Assembly: GCA_963719495.1 (NCBI GenBank)
Contig: CAVRCI010000009.1
Coordinates: 32,001-96,000, forward strand
Direction: 5' to 3'
DNA: 64,000 nt
Source: an uncultured Verrucomicrobiae bacterium
GTDB taxonomy: Bacteria; Verrucomicrobiota; Verrucomicrobiia; Chthoniobacterales; JAATET01
The position numbers and the translations under genes were made by a program. The notes under the pieces were generated by a model. The model made no database searches. It was not told the origin of the DNA and saw only the letters and a program-made list of their open reading frames with translations. Shown one piece after another: positions 38,020 through 47,661 of this stretch; position 1 is the stretch's first letter, and the number at the start of each line of letters is the position of its first letter.

Positions 38020-39876
38020 ATGAATTTCCTCAAACCAATCCTCTGGGGCAACACCGTCGCTCTCTCCTGGATGTGGGGCCTTGGCCTCTTCTTCTCCGTC
38101 CAGTTCACGTCGCAATTCGGTATTCTCGGACTCCTCATGTTCGCGATCCCGAACTTCCTCGGGCTCATGGCGTTCGGCCTCGTGACCCAGGTGATCGCCA
38201 ACCGCGAGTCCGGGAGCGATTCGCTCAACGCCTTTTTCACGAATTGGTCCCGCCCCTTCCGACTCGTCTTCTTCCTTTATCAACTGATCGCCATCACGCT
38301 CACGATCTTCGCGTTCATCCACTACGTCTGGCAGCCCCTCGGCCTCCAGCCCGCCGTCCTTTTTCTCCCGCTCACGCTGCTCATCGTCCTCGCGGCCGCC
38401 ATCCTCTTCGGTGAGGAATTCGACATCCGCCGCATCAAATACTCGCACGCCGTCCTTTTCGGCATCGCCCTGGCCGCCATCCTTGTCCTCATCTTCGGGC
38501 GCGACGATTTCTCCAACCTTTCCTCCCTCACCCCCGACCTCCGTCCCGCCGAGGATCTCAGTTTCTGGGGCTACGTCGTCCCGATCTGCGTTGGCTTCCT
38601 CGTCGGCCCCTGGCTCGACCTGCAGCAGTGGCAGCGCGCCATTCAGATGAACCGCGAGCGCGTCTCGATCGCGTGGTCGTACGTGAGCGGCAGCACGCAA
38701 TTCTTCGCCCTTCTCCTCTTCCACGGCGCCCTCACCCTCTGGGCCCTCGACCTCGGTGCAGCCCAATTCATTCGCACCGGCCTCACCGGCCACACCTACG
38801 GCCAGGACCTCCTCATGCGCTTCTTCTACGAGGCATCGGACAAAGCGCCCTACATCTTCGGTGCCTACTGCGTGTTCGTTTCCGTCTGCGTCCTCACCAC
38901 GCTGGACAGCGGTTACATCGCGCTCCGCTGGTTCCTCCAATCCAACGTCAAAGCCAGCAACCACCCGATCTTCTCGCTCGTCCCGACGAAGCTCGTGACC
39001 TCCCCGATCCCGGCAATGATCGTCTGCGGCGTCATCGGCCTCGCCTCCGCCGTCCTCGGGCTCGAGCTCGAGTATTACATGATTTTCTTCGGCACGTTCT
39101 TCGTCGGCTACGCGACCCTCGGCATCGTCCGTTGCTTCCTCAACAGCCCCGCCAACGCGATCCCGCAGATCAAAATGTTCAGCATCGGCAGCCTCGCGGT
39201 CGTCATTTTCGCGTTCGGTTACTTCCTCCGCAACCCGCTCTTCCAAATGATCGGGTCCATCCTCCCGCTCGCCTACATCCTCTGGCTCCTCCTCAAACCC
39301 GGCTCCGCCGACGAATTCACCACCGACAACGAAGAACTCAACGCCCCCGCCAACCGCTCCTTCGGGGAAGCCACCCCCGACCCTCACCCCACCAATCACC
39401 AGTCACCAGTCACCACTCACGGCTCTGCCCCCGCCCCCCTCACGGCGCACGACCTCGGCGGAAATTTCGAGGAGGACAAGTGGTTCGTCCACCGCTTCAT
39501 TGCCACCTACGCCGACACGAACAGCGTCGGCAACGTCTACTTCGGCATGTACGCCATGTGGGTCGGCAAGACGCGCGAGCTGTTCTTCAACCGCGTGATG
39601 CCGAAGTTCAACATCGCCGAGACCCAGTTCTACATCCTCACCCGATCCTTCGAGCACAAGTTCGTCCGCGAGACCCGCGAGTTCGAAGCCGTGGCCGTCC
39701 GCATCCGGATCTCCAGCTTCAACCGCAAATTCGTGACCCTCGAACACGAGGTCCACGACTCCAAAAACCAACTTTTGGGCAAGGGCAAACAGAGCCTCCT
39801 CTTCGTTGCCTCGTCGGATTATCACATGATCGACATCCCGCACGACGTGCATTCCGCGTTCCTGGTGCACACTTGA
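38020..39876 (+). CDS. SSS-fold membrane transporter fused to a C-terminal hotdog-fold thioesterase
   Basis: About 13 TM segments with SSS-like motifs ('SWMWGLGLF', 'GPWLDLQQWQRA', 'TTLDSG'), a Pro-rich linker, then 'YADTNSVGNVYFGMYAMWVGKTRELFF'. Confidence 0.8.
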   Translation: MNFLKPILWGNTVALSWMWGLGLFFSVQFTSQFGILGLLMFAIPNFLGLMAFGLVTQVIANRESGSDSLNAFFTNWSRPFRLVFFLYQLIAITLTIFAFIHYVWQPLGLQPAVLFLPLTLLIVLAAAILFGEEFDIRRIKYSHAVLFGIALAAILVLIFGRDDFSNLSSLTPDLRPAEDLSFWGYVVPICVGFLVGPWLDLQQWQRAIQMNRERVSIAWSYVSGSTQFFALLLFHGALTLWALDLGAAQFIRTGLTGHTYGQDLLMRFFYEASDKAPYIFGAYCVFVSVCVLTTLDSGYIALRWFLQSNVKASNHPIFSLVPTKLVTSPIPAMIVCGVIGLASAVLGLELEYYMIFFGTFFVGYATLGIVRCFLNSPANAIPQIKMFSIGSLAVVIFAFGYFLRNPLFQMIGSILPLAYILWLLLKPGSADEFTTDNEELNAPANRSFGEATPDPHPTNHQSPVTTHGSAPAPLTAHDLGGNFEEDKWFVHRFIATYADTNSVGNVYFGMYAMWVGKTRELFFNRVMPKFNIAETQFYILTRSFEHKFVRETREFEAVAVRIRISSFNRKFVTLEHEVHDSKNQLLGKGKQSLLFVASSDYHMIDIPHDVHSAFLVHT

Positions 39877-39919
39877 CGGGGTGTTGTTGGTTGTTGGTTT
39901 TTAGTTATTGGTAGGAGAG

Positions 39920-41242
39920 ATGCCGCACCGCCTCTCTCTCTTACTCTCAATCGTCGTCATTCTCTCCGCCTGCGATCCAGCCCCGCGGTCGGAAAATGCC
40001 GATCCCGCCAATACCCCCACGCCAACACCCCCGCCAATCACCACTCACCAGTCACCAATCACCACCCCCCCCCCACCCCCCACACCCGTCCCGATCCCGG
40101 CAGTCCCCCGCAAACGAATCGACGTCTCCAAGCTCTACAACGACGTCCTCGTCGAATCGAAATTCGTCACCATCCCCAGCGACCGCACCGCAACCCAGGA
40201 TCGCGCCGACGATTCCAGCTACGGACTCAAGCTCACCGTCGAAGCCCGCATCCCGTCACCCAGCGCCGACTTCGCCTCCGTCGCCCGCAACACCCCCAAG
40301 CTTCCCACGGCTCTCCCCGGTCTCGCCGAGCTTTTCTCGACCGCCAAGGTCTCGCCCGCCTTCGCCGAGCTCTACGATCGCAAAGTCACGTACACGAAAG
40401 CCCGCCTCAATCGCCTCGACACCCTCCTCACCCGCCACAACTTCTTCGACTGCGACACGATTCTCGAACTCCAGAATCCCGTCACCGGACGCCGCGCGCT
40501 TTTCCTTCAAGGCGACATGGACGTCAATACCGACGGCTCCGACGGCGACCGCAATTTCACCGTCGACGGCGATTCGCAGTTCTTCCAACCCCAGACCAGC
40601 TACCGCTGGAAACGCCTCACCGACCGCCCCAACCCCTTCCTCGCCCTCACCCAGCGCCTCCTCGCGGAAGCCGAGAAGGAATACGAAATCGTCGGCCTCC
40701 CCGTCGACCGGAACCGCCAGCTCGAAGCCACGATCGCCCACGAGAAAGCCACCCTCTACGAGATCGACGTCTACAGCTTTCTCATCTCCGGAGCCGACCC
40801 CTTCATCGTCCTCCCCGGCTTCATGATCCGCGACGCCACCGGCCCGTTCGCCCCGAAGATCGGCGACTACGCCGCCGTCATCTACGACGGCATCACCTAC
40901 CCCGCCCTCCTCGGCGACGTCGGGCCGTCCTTCAAAATGGGCGAAGCCTCCCTCCGCATCACCAAGGAGCTCAATCCGAGGAGTTCCGCCTTCTCCCGAC
41001 CCGTCAGCACCCTCGACGTCACCTACCTCGTCTTCCCGGGCACCGCCGAGCCGGAGTCCGGCCCACCCGACCTCGCCCACTGGCAATCGAAAGTCACCAC
41101 CTACCTCGCGGATTTGGGACTCAAACCAACGAACCTCCACGCGTGGGAAAACGTCATCCAACCCTGGCCAACCCCCACGCCAAGTCCGACTCCGGCACCG
41201 ACCCCAACTCCGTCCCCCCCGCCAACGCAAAGCCTGAACTAG
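39920..41242 (+). CDS. Lipoprotein with GH75 (chitosanase-like) domain
   Basis: Lipobox 'LSAC', PT-rich linkers, 'DMDVNTDG', 'PFIVLP', 'GDYAAVIY...GDVGP...GEASL'. Confidence 0.78.
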   Translation: MPHRLSLLLSIVVILSACDPAPRSENADPANTPTPTPPPITTHQSPITTPPPPPTPVPIPAVPRKRIDVSKLYNDVLVESKFVTIPSDRTATQDRADDSSYGLKLTVEARIPSPSADFASVARNTPKLPTALPGLAELFSTAKVSPAFAELYDRKVTYTKARLNRLDTLLTRHNFFDCDTILELQNPVTGRRALFLQGDMDVNTDGSDGDRNFTVDGDSQFFQPQTSYRWKRLTDRPNPFLALTQRLLAEAEKEYEIVGLPVDRNRQLEATIAHEKATLYEIDVYSFLISGADPFIVLPGFMIRDATGPFAPKIGDYAAVIYDGITYPALLGDVGPSFKMGEASLRITKELNPRSSAFSRPVSTLDVTYLVFPGTAEPESGPPDLAHWQSKVTTYLADLGLKPTNLHAWENVIQPWPTPTPSPTPAPTPTPSPPPTQSLN

Positions 41243-41317
41243 GCCTCCCCCGCGCCATCCGCTTCCAGCCGATATATCCCCATTGCGAAGCGCAAATTCC
41301 GCCATCGCGAGATCGAC

Positions 41318-41680
41318 TTACGATCCAGCCGTCGCCGTTTCACGAGCCGCGGCACTCGCACGAGCCGCGCTCCCGCGACCCGCACCCTTCCGGCGATCCG
41401 GACCCGAATAGAGCTCGCCACGTTCCGCCGGCGGAGTCGCCGCGAACTGCGTCCCCAACCGCGCGGAACCCGGGTCGTCCCACCTTTCGATCACCAGCTC
41501 GTCCTCGCGTTTCTTGGGACTGACCAGTGCGAAAAACACTCCGGAGACGACCGCAAGGGCAATGAGAATCGGCCCCACCGCCGTGCCCAGGGTGTTTGTC
41601 CCCGAGATCAACACAACTCCGCGGCAGACGAAAAACGTCGCAAGGCCAAAAATCGCAAATCGAGCAAGGAACCGAATCAT
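41318..41680 (-). CDS. Hypothetical small membrane protein (2 TM)
   Basis: Fills the gap between flanking genes. Two hydrophobic helices followed by a polar tail. Confidence 0.55.
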   Translation of the reverse strand: MIRFLARFAIFGLATFFVCRGVVLISGTNTLGTAVGPILIALAVVSGVFFALVSPKKREDELVIERWDDPGSARLGTQFAATPPAERGELYSGPDRRKGAGRGSAARASAAARETATAGS

Positions 41681-41817
41681 TCGCCGAACCTACGGCAGAG
41701 TTTCGTGAATGTCCATACGGAGAAACCCCTATCTTCGTCGGTCCCGCGAAATCTCCCCCACCGACCCTCCGGTGATTATCCGTGTCCATCCGCGTCCATC
41801 CGTGGTTCAAATCAGGG

Positions 41818-42564
41818 ATGTCCGACGCTCTCCACACCGCCATCGAAGCCGCCCACGCCGCCGGCGGACTCCTCCGCGCGAATTTCGGTCGCGAGCTCAC
41901 CGTCGACGAAAACCTCGCGCACGACATCAAGATCGAACTCGATAAGCGCTCCCAAACCCTCATCGAGTCCATCCTCCTCGTCAAATTCCCCGACCACGCC
42001 ATCTACGGAGAGGAAGGCGTCACCGGCGACCAATCTTCCGACAACCAATGGATCGTCGACCCCATCGACGGCACGGTAAACTTTTTCTACGGCGTCCCCC
42101 ACTTCGCGATTTCCATCGCCCTCCGCGTCCGCGGCACGATCCAGACCGCCGTCATCTACGACCCCATGCGCGACGAACTCTGGGCCTGCGAACGCGGCCA
42201 AGCCGCCACGCTCAATGGCCTTCCGATCCAGGTCAGCACCCGCACCGCTCTCTCCGAAGCCATCGTTTCCGTCGGCGTCTCCAAGACGCTCGAATCCGTC
42301 AACGACAGCCTCCCCCTCTTTCAACGCATGCTCCGCTCCGCCAAAAAATGCCGCATGCTCGGCAGCGCCTCCCTCGACATCGCCTACGTCGCCTGCGGCC
42401 GCCTCGACCTCTACACCGAGTCGCTCATCTCCCTCTGGGACATCGCCGCCGGCCTCCTCCTCGTCGAAACCGCGGGCGGAAAAGTCGACCTCACGCCCCG
42501 CGAAGACCAACCCGACAAATACGCCATCACCGCCACCAGCGGCAAAATCGACTTCGGCATATGA
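41818..42564 (+). CDS. suhB: Inositol monophosphatase family protein
   Basis: 'GEEG', 'WIVDPIDGTVNF', 'RMLGSASLDIAYVACGR', 'WDIAAG'. Confidence 0.93.
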   Translation: MSDALHTAIEAAHAAGGLLRANFGRELTVDENLAHDIKIELDKRSQTLIESILLVKFPDHAIYGEEGVTGDQSSDNQWIVDPIDGTVNFFYGVPHFAISIALRVRGTIQTAVIYDPMRDELWACERGQAATLNGLPIQVSTRTALSEAIVSVGVSKTLESVNDSLPLFQRMLRSAKKCRMLGSASLDIAYVACGRLDLYTESLISLWDIAAGLLLVETAGGKVDLTPREDQPDKYAITATSGKIDFGI

Positions 42565-42618
42565 CCTTCGACCTTGTGACCTTCGACCTTCGACCCTAAT
42601 GACCTTCGACCTTCGACC
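42563..42618. repeat. GACCTTC heptamer tandem repeat filling the suhB-ispF spacer
   Basis: Several exact and degenerate GACCTTC units between the two genes. Confidence 0.85.
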
Positions 42619-42621
42619 CCA

Positions 42622-43110
42622 ATGACCACCACCGGCATCGGCTACGACGTCCACCGCTTCATCGAAGGCCGCCCCCTCGTCCTCGGCGGCGTCGAAATTC
42701 CCCATTCCCACGGACTCGACGGTCACTCCGATGCCGACGTCCTCGCCCACGCCATCGCCGACGCGATCCTCGGAGCCGTCGGCGAACCCGACATCGGCCA
42801 CCATTTTCCAAACACCGACGAATCCATCCGCGGCATCAGCAGCCTCGAAATCCTCACCCAGGTCCTCGTCATCGTCCGGGCAAAGGGCGCCACCCTCCTC
42901 AACGTCGACGCCACCCTCATCGCCGAGGAGCCAAAAATCGCCCCCCACCTCGCGGCGATGAAATCCATCCTCGGCTCCACCCTCGACCTCCCCCTCGATT
43001 TCATCGGCATCAAAGCCACCACCAACGAGACGATGGGCTTCGTCGGCCGGTCCGAAGGCATCGCCGCCATGGCCGTGGCCACCGTTGACCGCCCCGGCCC
43101 CCACGCTTAG
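42622..43110 (+). CDS. ispF: 2-C-methyl-D-erythritol 2,4-cyclodiphosphate synthase
   Basis: 'GIGYDVHRF', 'GHSDADV', 'DIGHHFP', 'IKATTNE.MGFVGR.EGIAA'. Confidence 0.97.
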   Translation: MTTTGIGYDVHRFIEGRPLVLGGVEIPHSHGLDGHSDADVLAHAIADAILGAVGEPDIGHHFPNTDESIRGISSLEILTQVLVIVRAKGATLLNVDATLIAEEPKIAPHLAAMKSILGSTLDLPLDFIGIKATTNETMGFVGRSEGIAAMAVATVDRPGPHA

Positions 43111-43120
43111 ATTCGCGTTC

Positions 43121-43696
43121 ATGACCGCTCTCCGCAAAGAAGACATCTTCGTCACTCCGGCGGAATACCTCGCCGGGGAAAAACTCAATCCCGGACCCCG
43201 GCGCGAATACGTCGACGGTGTCGTCTACGACATGGCGGGCAGCACCGCCGCGCACTCCCGGATCGCGAGCAGCATCGTCCGTGATCTCGGCACTCAACTT
43301 CGCGGAAAAAAATGCGAAGTCTTCGGACCGGACATCAAGATCCACGTCGTCGCGGATCATTCCGAGTTCTACTACTATCCCGACGTCTCGGTCGATTGCA
43401 GCGGCAGCGCCGACATTCGACGCCTCCACAACGAGGAGCCGGTCGTGATTTTCGAAGTTTTATCCCACGCCACCGAGCGCGTCGACATCGGCGAAAAATT
43501 GCAGAACTACCTGCGGCTTCCGTCGCTCAAGGTCTACGCGCTCGTTGGACAAACCACGCCCTACGTCGTCGTCCACCGCCGCACCGGCGACCAATGGTTC
43601 ACGGAATTCGTCGGCGACCTCTCCGCTACCCTCGACCTCCCCGAGATCGATTGCACCCTCCCCCTCGCCTCGATCTACGAGCGAATGGGCTTCTAG
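43121..43696 (+). CDS. Uma2/DUF820 family putative endonuclease
   Basis: 'EYVDGVVYDMAG...H', 'YYYPDVSV', 'IFEVLS..TE..D.GEK...Y'. Confidence 0.93.
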   Translation: MTALRKEDIFVTPAEYLAGEKLNPGPRREYVDGVVYDMAGSTAAHSRIASSIVRDLGTQLRGKKCEVFGPDIKIHVVADHSEFYYYPDVSVDCSGSADIRRLHNEEPVVIFEVLSHATERVDIGEKLQNYLRLPSLKVYALVGQTTPYVVVHRRTGDQWFTEFVGDLSATLDLPEIDCTLPLASIYERMGF

Positions 43697-43715
43697 GCCC
43701 ACCCACCCCTCCGCC

Positions 43716-45134
43716 GTGCCCGCGCTCAATCCGCAATCCGCAATCCGCAATCCGCAATTCTTCAACACCCTCACCCGCCAGATCGAACCCTTCACCCCGA
43801 TCGACCCCGTCGGCAAAGCCGTCTCGATCTACACCTGCGGCCCCACGGTCTACAACCACGCCCACATCGGTAACTTCCGCGCCTACGTTTTCGAGGATCT
43901 CCTCCAACGCCACCTCGAATCCCGCGGCTACGACGTCAACCGCGTGATGAACCTCACCGACGTGGACGATAAAACCATCCGCGGCTCCCGGGAAGCCGGC
44001 GTCCCGCTCGCCGAATTCACCGCCCCATTTAAGCAGGCCTTCTTCGAAGACCTCGACGCCCTCCGCATCAAACGCGCCGACGCGTTCCCCGAGGCCACCG
44101 CCCACGTCGACCGAATGATCACGATGATCACCACCCTCGTCGACCGCGGCCACGCCTACCAGGCCGACGACAAATCGGTCTACTTCCGCATCGCCAGCTT
44201 CCCCGCCTACGGCAACCTCGCGCACCTTGATCTCGACGAACTCCGCCCCACCGGCCGCATCGCCAACGACGAATACGAGAAGGAGGCCATCGGCGACTTC
44301 GCCCTCTGGAAAGCCTGGGACGCCGATGACGGCGACGTCGGCTGGGACAGCCCGTGGGGACGCGGCCGCCCCGGCTGGCACATCGAGTGCAGCGCCATGG
44401 CCACCGAGCTCCTCGGTGACCGCATCGACATCCACTGCGGCGGCGAGGACAACATCTTCCCCCACCACGAAGCCGAGATCGCCCAGACCGAATGCTGCAC
44501 CGGCCAGGCCTTCGTCGGCCTCTGGCTGCACTGCCGCCACCTCATGGTCGACGGACAGAAAATGTCCAAGAGCGCCGGGAATTTCTTCACCCTCCGCGAC
44601 CTCATGGGCAAAGGCTGGACCGGCCGCGAAGTCCGCTACGCCCTCCTCGCCGTCCGCTACCGCGAACCCCTCAACTTCACCGACGATGGCTTGGCGGCAG
44701 CCCGCGCCGCCCTCCACCGCATCGACGAGTGGTCCACCCGCATCGGCGACGCCCGCGCCACCCCGGGCGCGGACCCAGCCACTTTCACGCTCACCGCATT
44801 TTCAGCCCACCTCGACGACGATCTCAACATCTCCGCCGCCCTGGGGGCGCTCTTCACGACCATCACCGAGACCAACAAACGCCTCGACGACGCCGGACTC
44901 ACCGAAGCCGACCTTGGCGAACTCCGGGCGTGGCGCGACGCCATCCAGACCGTGCTGCAATTCCAGCGGGAAAACACCACCATCCCCGCCGCCGTCCAAT
45001 CCCTCGTCGACCAACGCGCCGCCGCCCGCATCGCCAAGGATTTCGCACTCAGCGACCAACTCCGCGACGCTATCACCGGAGCTGGCTGGACCGTCAGAGA
45101 CACGAAAGACGGGCAGAAACTTTCGCTGAATTGA
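43716..45134 (+). CDS. cysS: Cysteine--tRNA ligase
   Basis: 'YTCGPTVY...HIGNFR', 'GRPGWHIECSAM', 'FPHHE', 'KMSKS'. GTG start inferred. Confidence 0.97.
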   Translation: MPALNPQSAIRNPQFFNTLTRQIEPFTPIDPVGKAVSIYTCGPTVYNHAHIGNFRAYVFEDLLQRHLESRGYDVNRVMNLTDVDDKTIRGSREAGVPLAEFTAPFKQAFFEDLDALRIKRADAFPEATAHVDRMITMITTLVDRGHAYQADDKSVYFRIASFPAYGNLAHLDLDELRPTGRIANDEYEKEAIGDFALWKAWDADDGDVGWDSPWGRGRPGWHIECSAMATELLGDRIDIHCGGEDNIFPHHEAEIAQTECCTGQAFVGLWLHCRHLMVDGQKMSKSAGNFFTLRDLMGKGWTGREVRYALLAVRYREPLNFTDDGLAAARAALHRIDEWSTRIGDARATPGADPATFTLTAFSAHLDDDLNISAALGALFTTITETNKRLDDAGLTEADLGELRAWRDAIQTVLQFQRENTTIPAAVQSLVDQRAAARIAKDFALSDQLRDAITGAGWTVRDTKDGQKLSLN

Positions 45135-45567
45135 CCGGCGGCCGATTCGAAATCGCTCGAGGTCGGGAAGGAGCGCCGCGCGTCTCGTGGCCTTCACCCG
45201 GCGCGCCCAATTGTCATATCAACGTCCCCGACGAAAGCGTCTGGAGAGTCACTGAAAACGGGGGGAGGACGTCTCGTCCTCGCGTTTCAATCCTGAGAGC
45301 GGAACGCCCTCTCCCCGCTTGGCTGATCAATTCCTTCGCTTGGTTTGAAAGCGCCCTGGATCGCGAAAGGACCGGGACGAACAGCAGTGCGGTTCACTCG
45401 TTTGCAAAACAAGGGCCGCTCACCCTGAAATGGGGACCGCATTCGCCAAAGTCACCTCAGACCATCCCGTCGTTCTCGTAAATCCTGACCGGCTTGCCTT
45501 TCCAGAATCAAGGCGGGGATGAGACGTTGTCCTTCCACCCGGACCTCCAGCGGAAGTTGCGACTCCC

Positions 45568-46386
45568 CTACCCGGCTCCCGCCACACCCAGCGCCCGCCG
45601 CCGGATTCGGCTCGGCGCGACACCGCGGAACTTTCGAAACTGGCGGCTGAAAAAATACCCATCCCGGTAACCAAGCCGGGCCGCGATCTCCTGCACGCTC
45701 ATTTCCGTTTCACGAAGATACGATTCGGCCCGGGCGAGCCGCTCTTCCACGATGAACCGGTTCGGGCTCAGACCGGTGACCCCTTTGAAGCGCCGGGTAA
45801 ATTGGGAGGAGGAAAGCCGCGCGTCCGCCGCCATTTCGGCGACTGAATAAGCCGCCGCGGGATTCCGCCGGATGCGCTCCACGATTTGGACGACCACCAA
45901 TCCACTCGGATCACTCGGCGGCAATCCTCGCTCGAATTCCAGACTGCGCAGCAGCAAACCCAGCCCGTCACCGAGCACAAACCGGCCCTCGTGCGGCCCC
46001 AGAAAAAAAGTCTCGGTGAGATAGCGGCACAGATGCGAAGCCCAGATGAAGTTTCGTAGCCGCACCGGCGCTCCACCGCGCCCCAGCCGATCCAAAGCTT
46101 CCGCCGCGCACCCGCTGGCGCGCAAATGAGCGGTAAAATTGGTCATTCGCAGCCCACCCGTCGCCCGCGCGACAACGCTCAGACCAGCCGGAAGCAGGAA
46201 CATCGACCCGGCTGAAAATAACCAGCGGCGACCACTCCATTCGAAAACCCCCTCTCCCTCCAACGCCAACCACAAATTGTGATGATCGACTTCCTCCCGA
46301 CGCCAGGACCACTCCGCCGGATGTTCGTAGATCGCGATTCGATCGATTTCGACGCTCTCGCCGATTCGGGCCATCTCGATCGTCAT
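45568..46386 (-). CDS. AraC family transcriptional regulator
   Basis: Cupin N-terminus and 'FTRRFKGVTGLSP...VQEIAARLGY.D.YFFSRQFRKFRGVAPS'. Confidence 0.92.
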   Translation of the reverse strand: MTIEMARIGESVEIDRIAIYEHPAEWSWRREEVDHHNLWLALEGEGVFEWSGRRWLFSAGSMFLLPAGLSVVARATGGLRMTNFTAHLRASGCAAEALDRLGRGGAPVRLRNFIWASHLCRYLTETFFLGPHEGRFVLGDGLGLLLRSLEFERGLPPSDPSGLVVVQIVERIRRNPAAAYSVAEMAADARLSSSQFTRRFKGVTGLSPNRFIVEERLARAESYLRETEMSVQEIAARLGYRDGYFFSRQFRKFRGVAPSRIRRRALGVAGAG

Positions 46387-46457
46387 GCGCGGATAGTGCA
46401 AGAACACCTCGTCTCAGTCCATTGCCCAACCGCGCCGATCCGGATTATTTTCTAACC

Positions 46458-47627
46458 ATGAACCTTTCTCCCAAGATTCGTCTCGGCATCATCGGCCTCG
46501 GCAACATGGGGACCACCCACGCGAAGAGCATCCTCGACGGATCGGTCCCCGGACTGGAACTCACCGCCGTTGCAGACTCGGATCCAGCCCGCCTGGAAAG
46601 CTACGCCGATCTCGCCCGCTTCGACGACGGTTTGGCCCTCATCGCCAGCGACGCCGTCGACGCCGTCCTCGTCACCACCCCGCACTACAGCCATACGCCG
46701 CTCGGCGTCGCGGCGCTCGAAGCCGGCCGCCACCTCCTGGTGGAGAAGCCCATTTCCGTTCACAAGCTCGACTGCGAAGAGCTCATCGCCGCATACCGCC
46801 CCGAATCCGGCCAGATCTTCGCCGCCATGTTCAATCAGCGCACCGACCCGCGCTACCGCAAACTCAAGGAGCTCATCAACGACGGCACGCTCGGCACGAT
46901 CCGCCGCATCAATTGGATCATCACCGATTGGTTCCGCACCGAGAGCTACTACCAATCCGGTGGCTGGCGGGCGACCTGGGCCGGAGAAGGCGGCGGCGTC
47001 CTCCTCAATCAGTGCCCCCACAATCTCGATCTCTGGCAGTGGCTCTTCGGCGTACCCGACCGCGTGACCGCCCGCTGCCAGATCGGGCGCTTTCACGACA
47101 TCGAGGTCGAGGATTCCGTCACCGCCCTGCTCGAATACGACACCGGCGTCCAAGGCGTCTTCGTGACGACCACGGGCGAGGCTCCCGGGACCAATCGACT
47201 CGAAGTCGTTGGAGACCATGGCCGCATCGTCATCGACACCGAGCGGCCCGGGCTCACTTTCAAACGCAACGAAAAGTCGAGCGCTACCTTCTCGCGGGAA
47301 AGCACTTCGAGTTTCGCCAAACCGGACGTCTGGGATGTGTCCATTCCCATCACCGGGAACGGCGAACAACACGTCGGAATTCTCGAGAATTTCGCCGCCG
47401 CCATCCGCGGGGAAGAGCCGCTCATCGCCCCCGCCCAGGAGGGCATTCATTCGGTCGAACTCGGGAATGCCATGCTGCTCTCCAGCTTCCGCGACCGACC
47501 GATCTCCCTCCCGCTCGACGCGAACGAATACGCCGCCGAGTTGAAAAAAAAAATCGCTGACTCGACCTTCACGAAGAAGGCTTCGACCTCCGCGGCACCA
47601 GCCGGTGATTTTTCGAAAAGTTACTAG
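46458..47627 (+). CDS. Gfo/Idh/MocA family oxidoreductase
   Basis: 'GIIGLGNMG', 'HLLVEKP', 'WRATWAGEGGGVLLNQCPH'. Confidence 0.95.
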   Translation: MNLSPKIRLGIIGLGNMGTTHAKSILDGSVPGLELTAVADSDPARLESYADLARFDDGLALIASDAVDAVLVTTPHYSHTPLGVAALEAGRHLLVEKPISVHKLDCEELIAAYRPESGQIFAAMFNQRTDPRYRKLKELINDGTLGTIRRINWIITDWFRTESYYQSGGWRATWAGEGGGVLLNQCPHNLDLWQWLFGVPDRVTARCQIGRFHDIEVEDSVTALLEYDTGVQGVFVTTTGEAPGTNRLEVVGDHGRIVIDTERPGLTFKRNEKSSATFSRESTSSFAKPDVWDVSIPITGNGEQHVGILENFAAAIRGEEPLIAPAQEGIHSVELGNAMLLSSFRDRPISLPLDANEYAAELKKKIADSTFTKKASTSAAPAGDFSKSY

Positions 47628-47661
47628 TCGACCCGCACCAAACCCCTGACCTGTTATCAAC

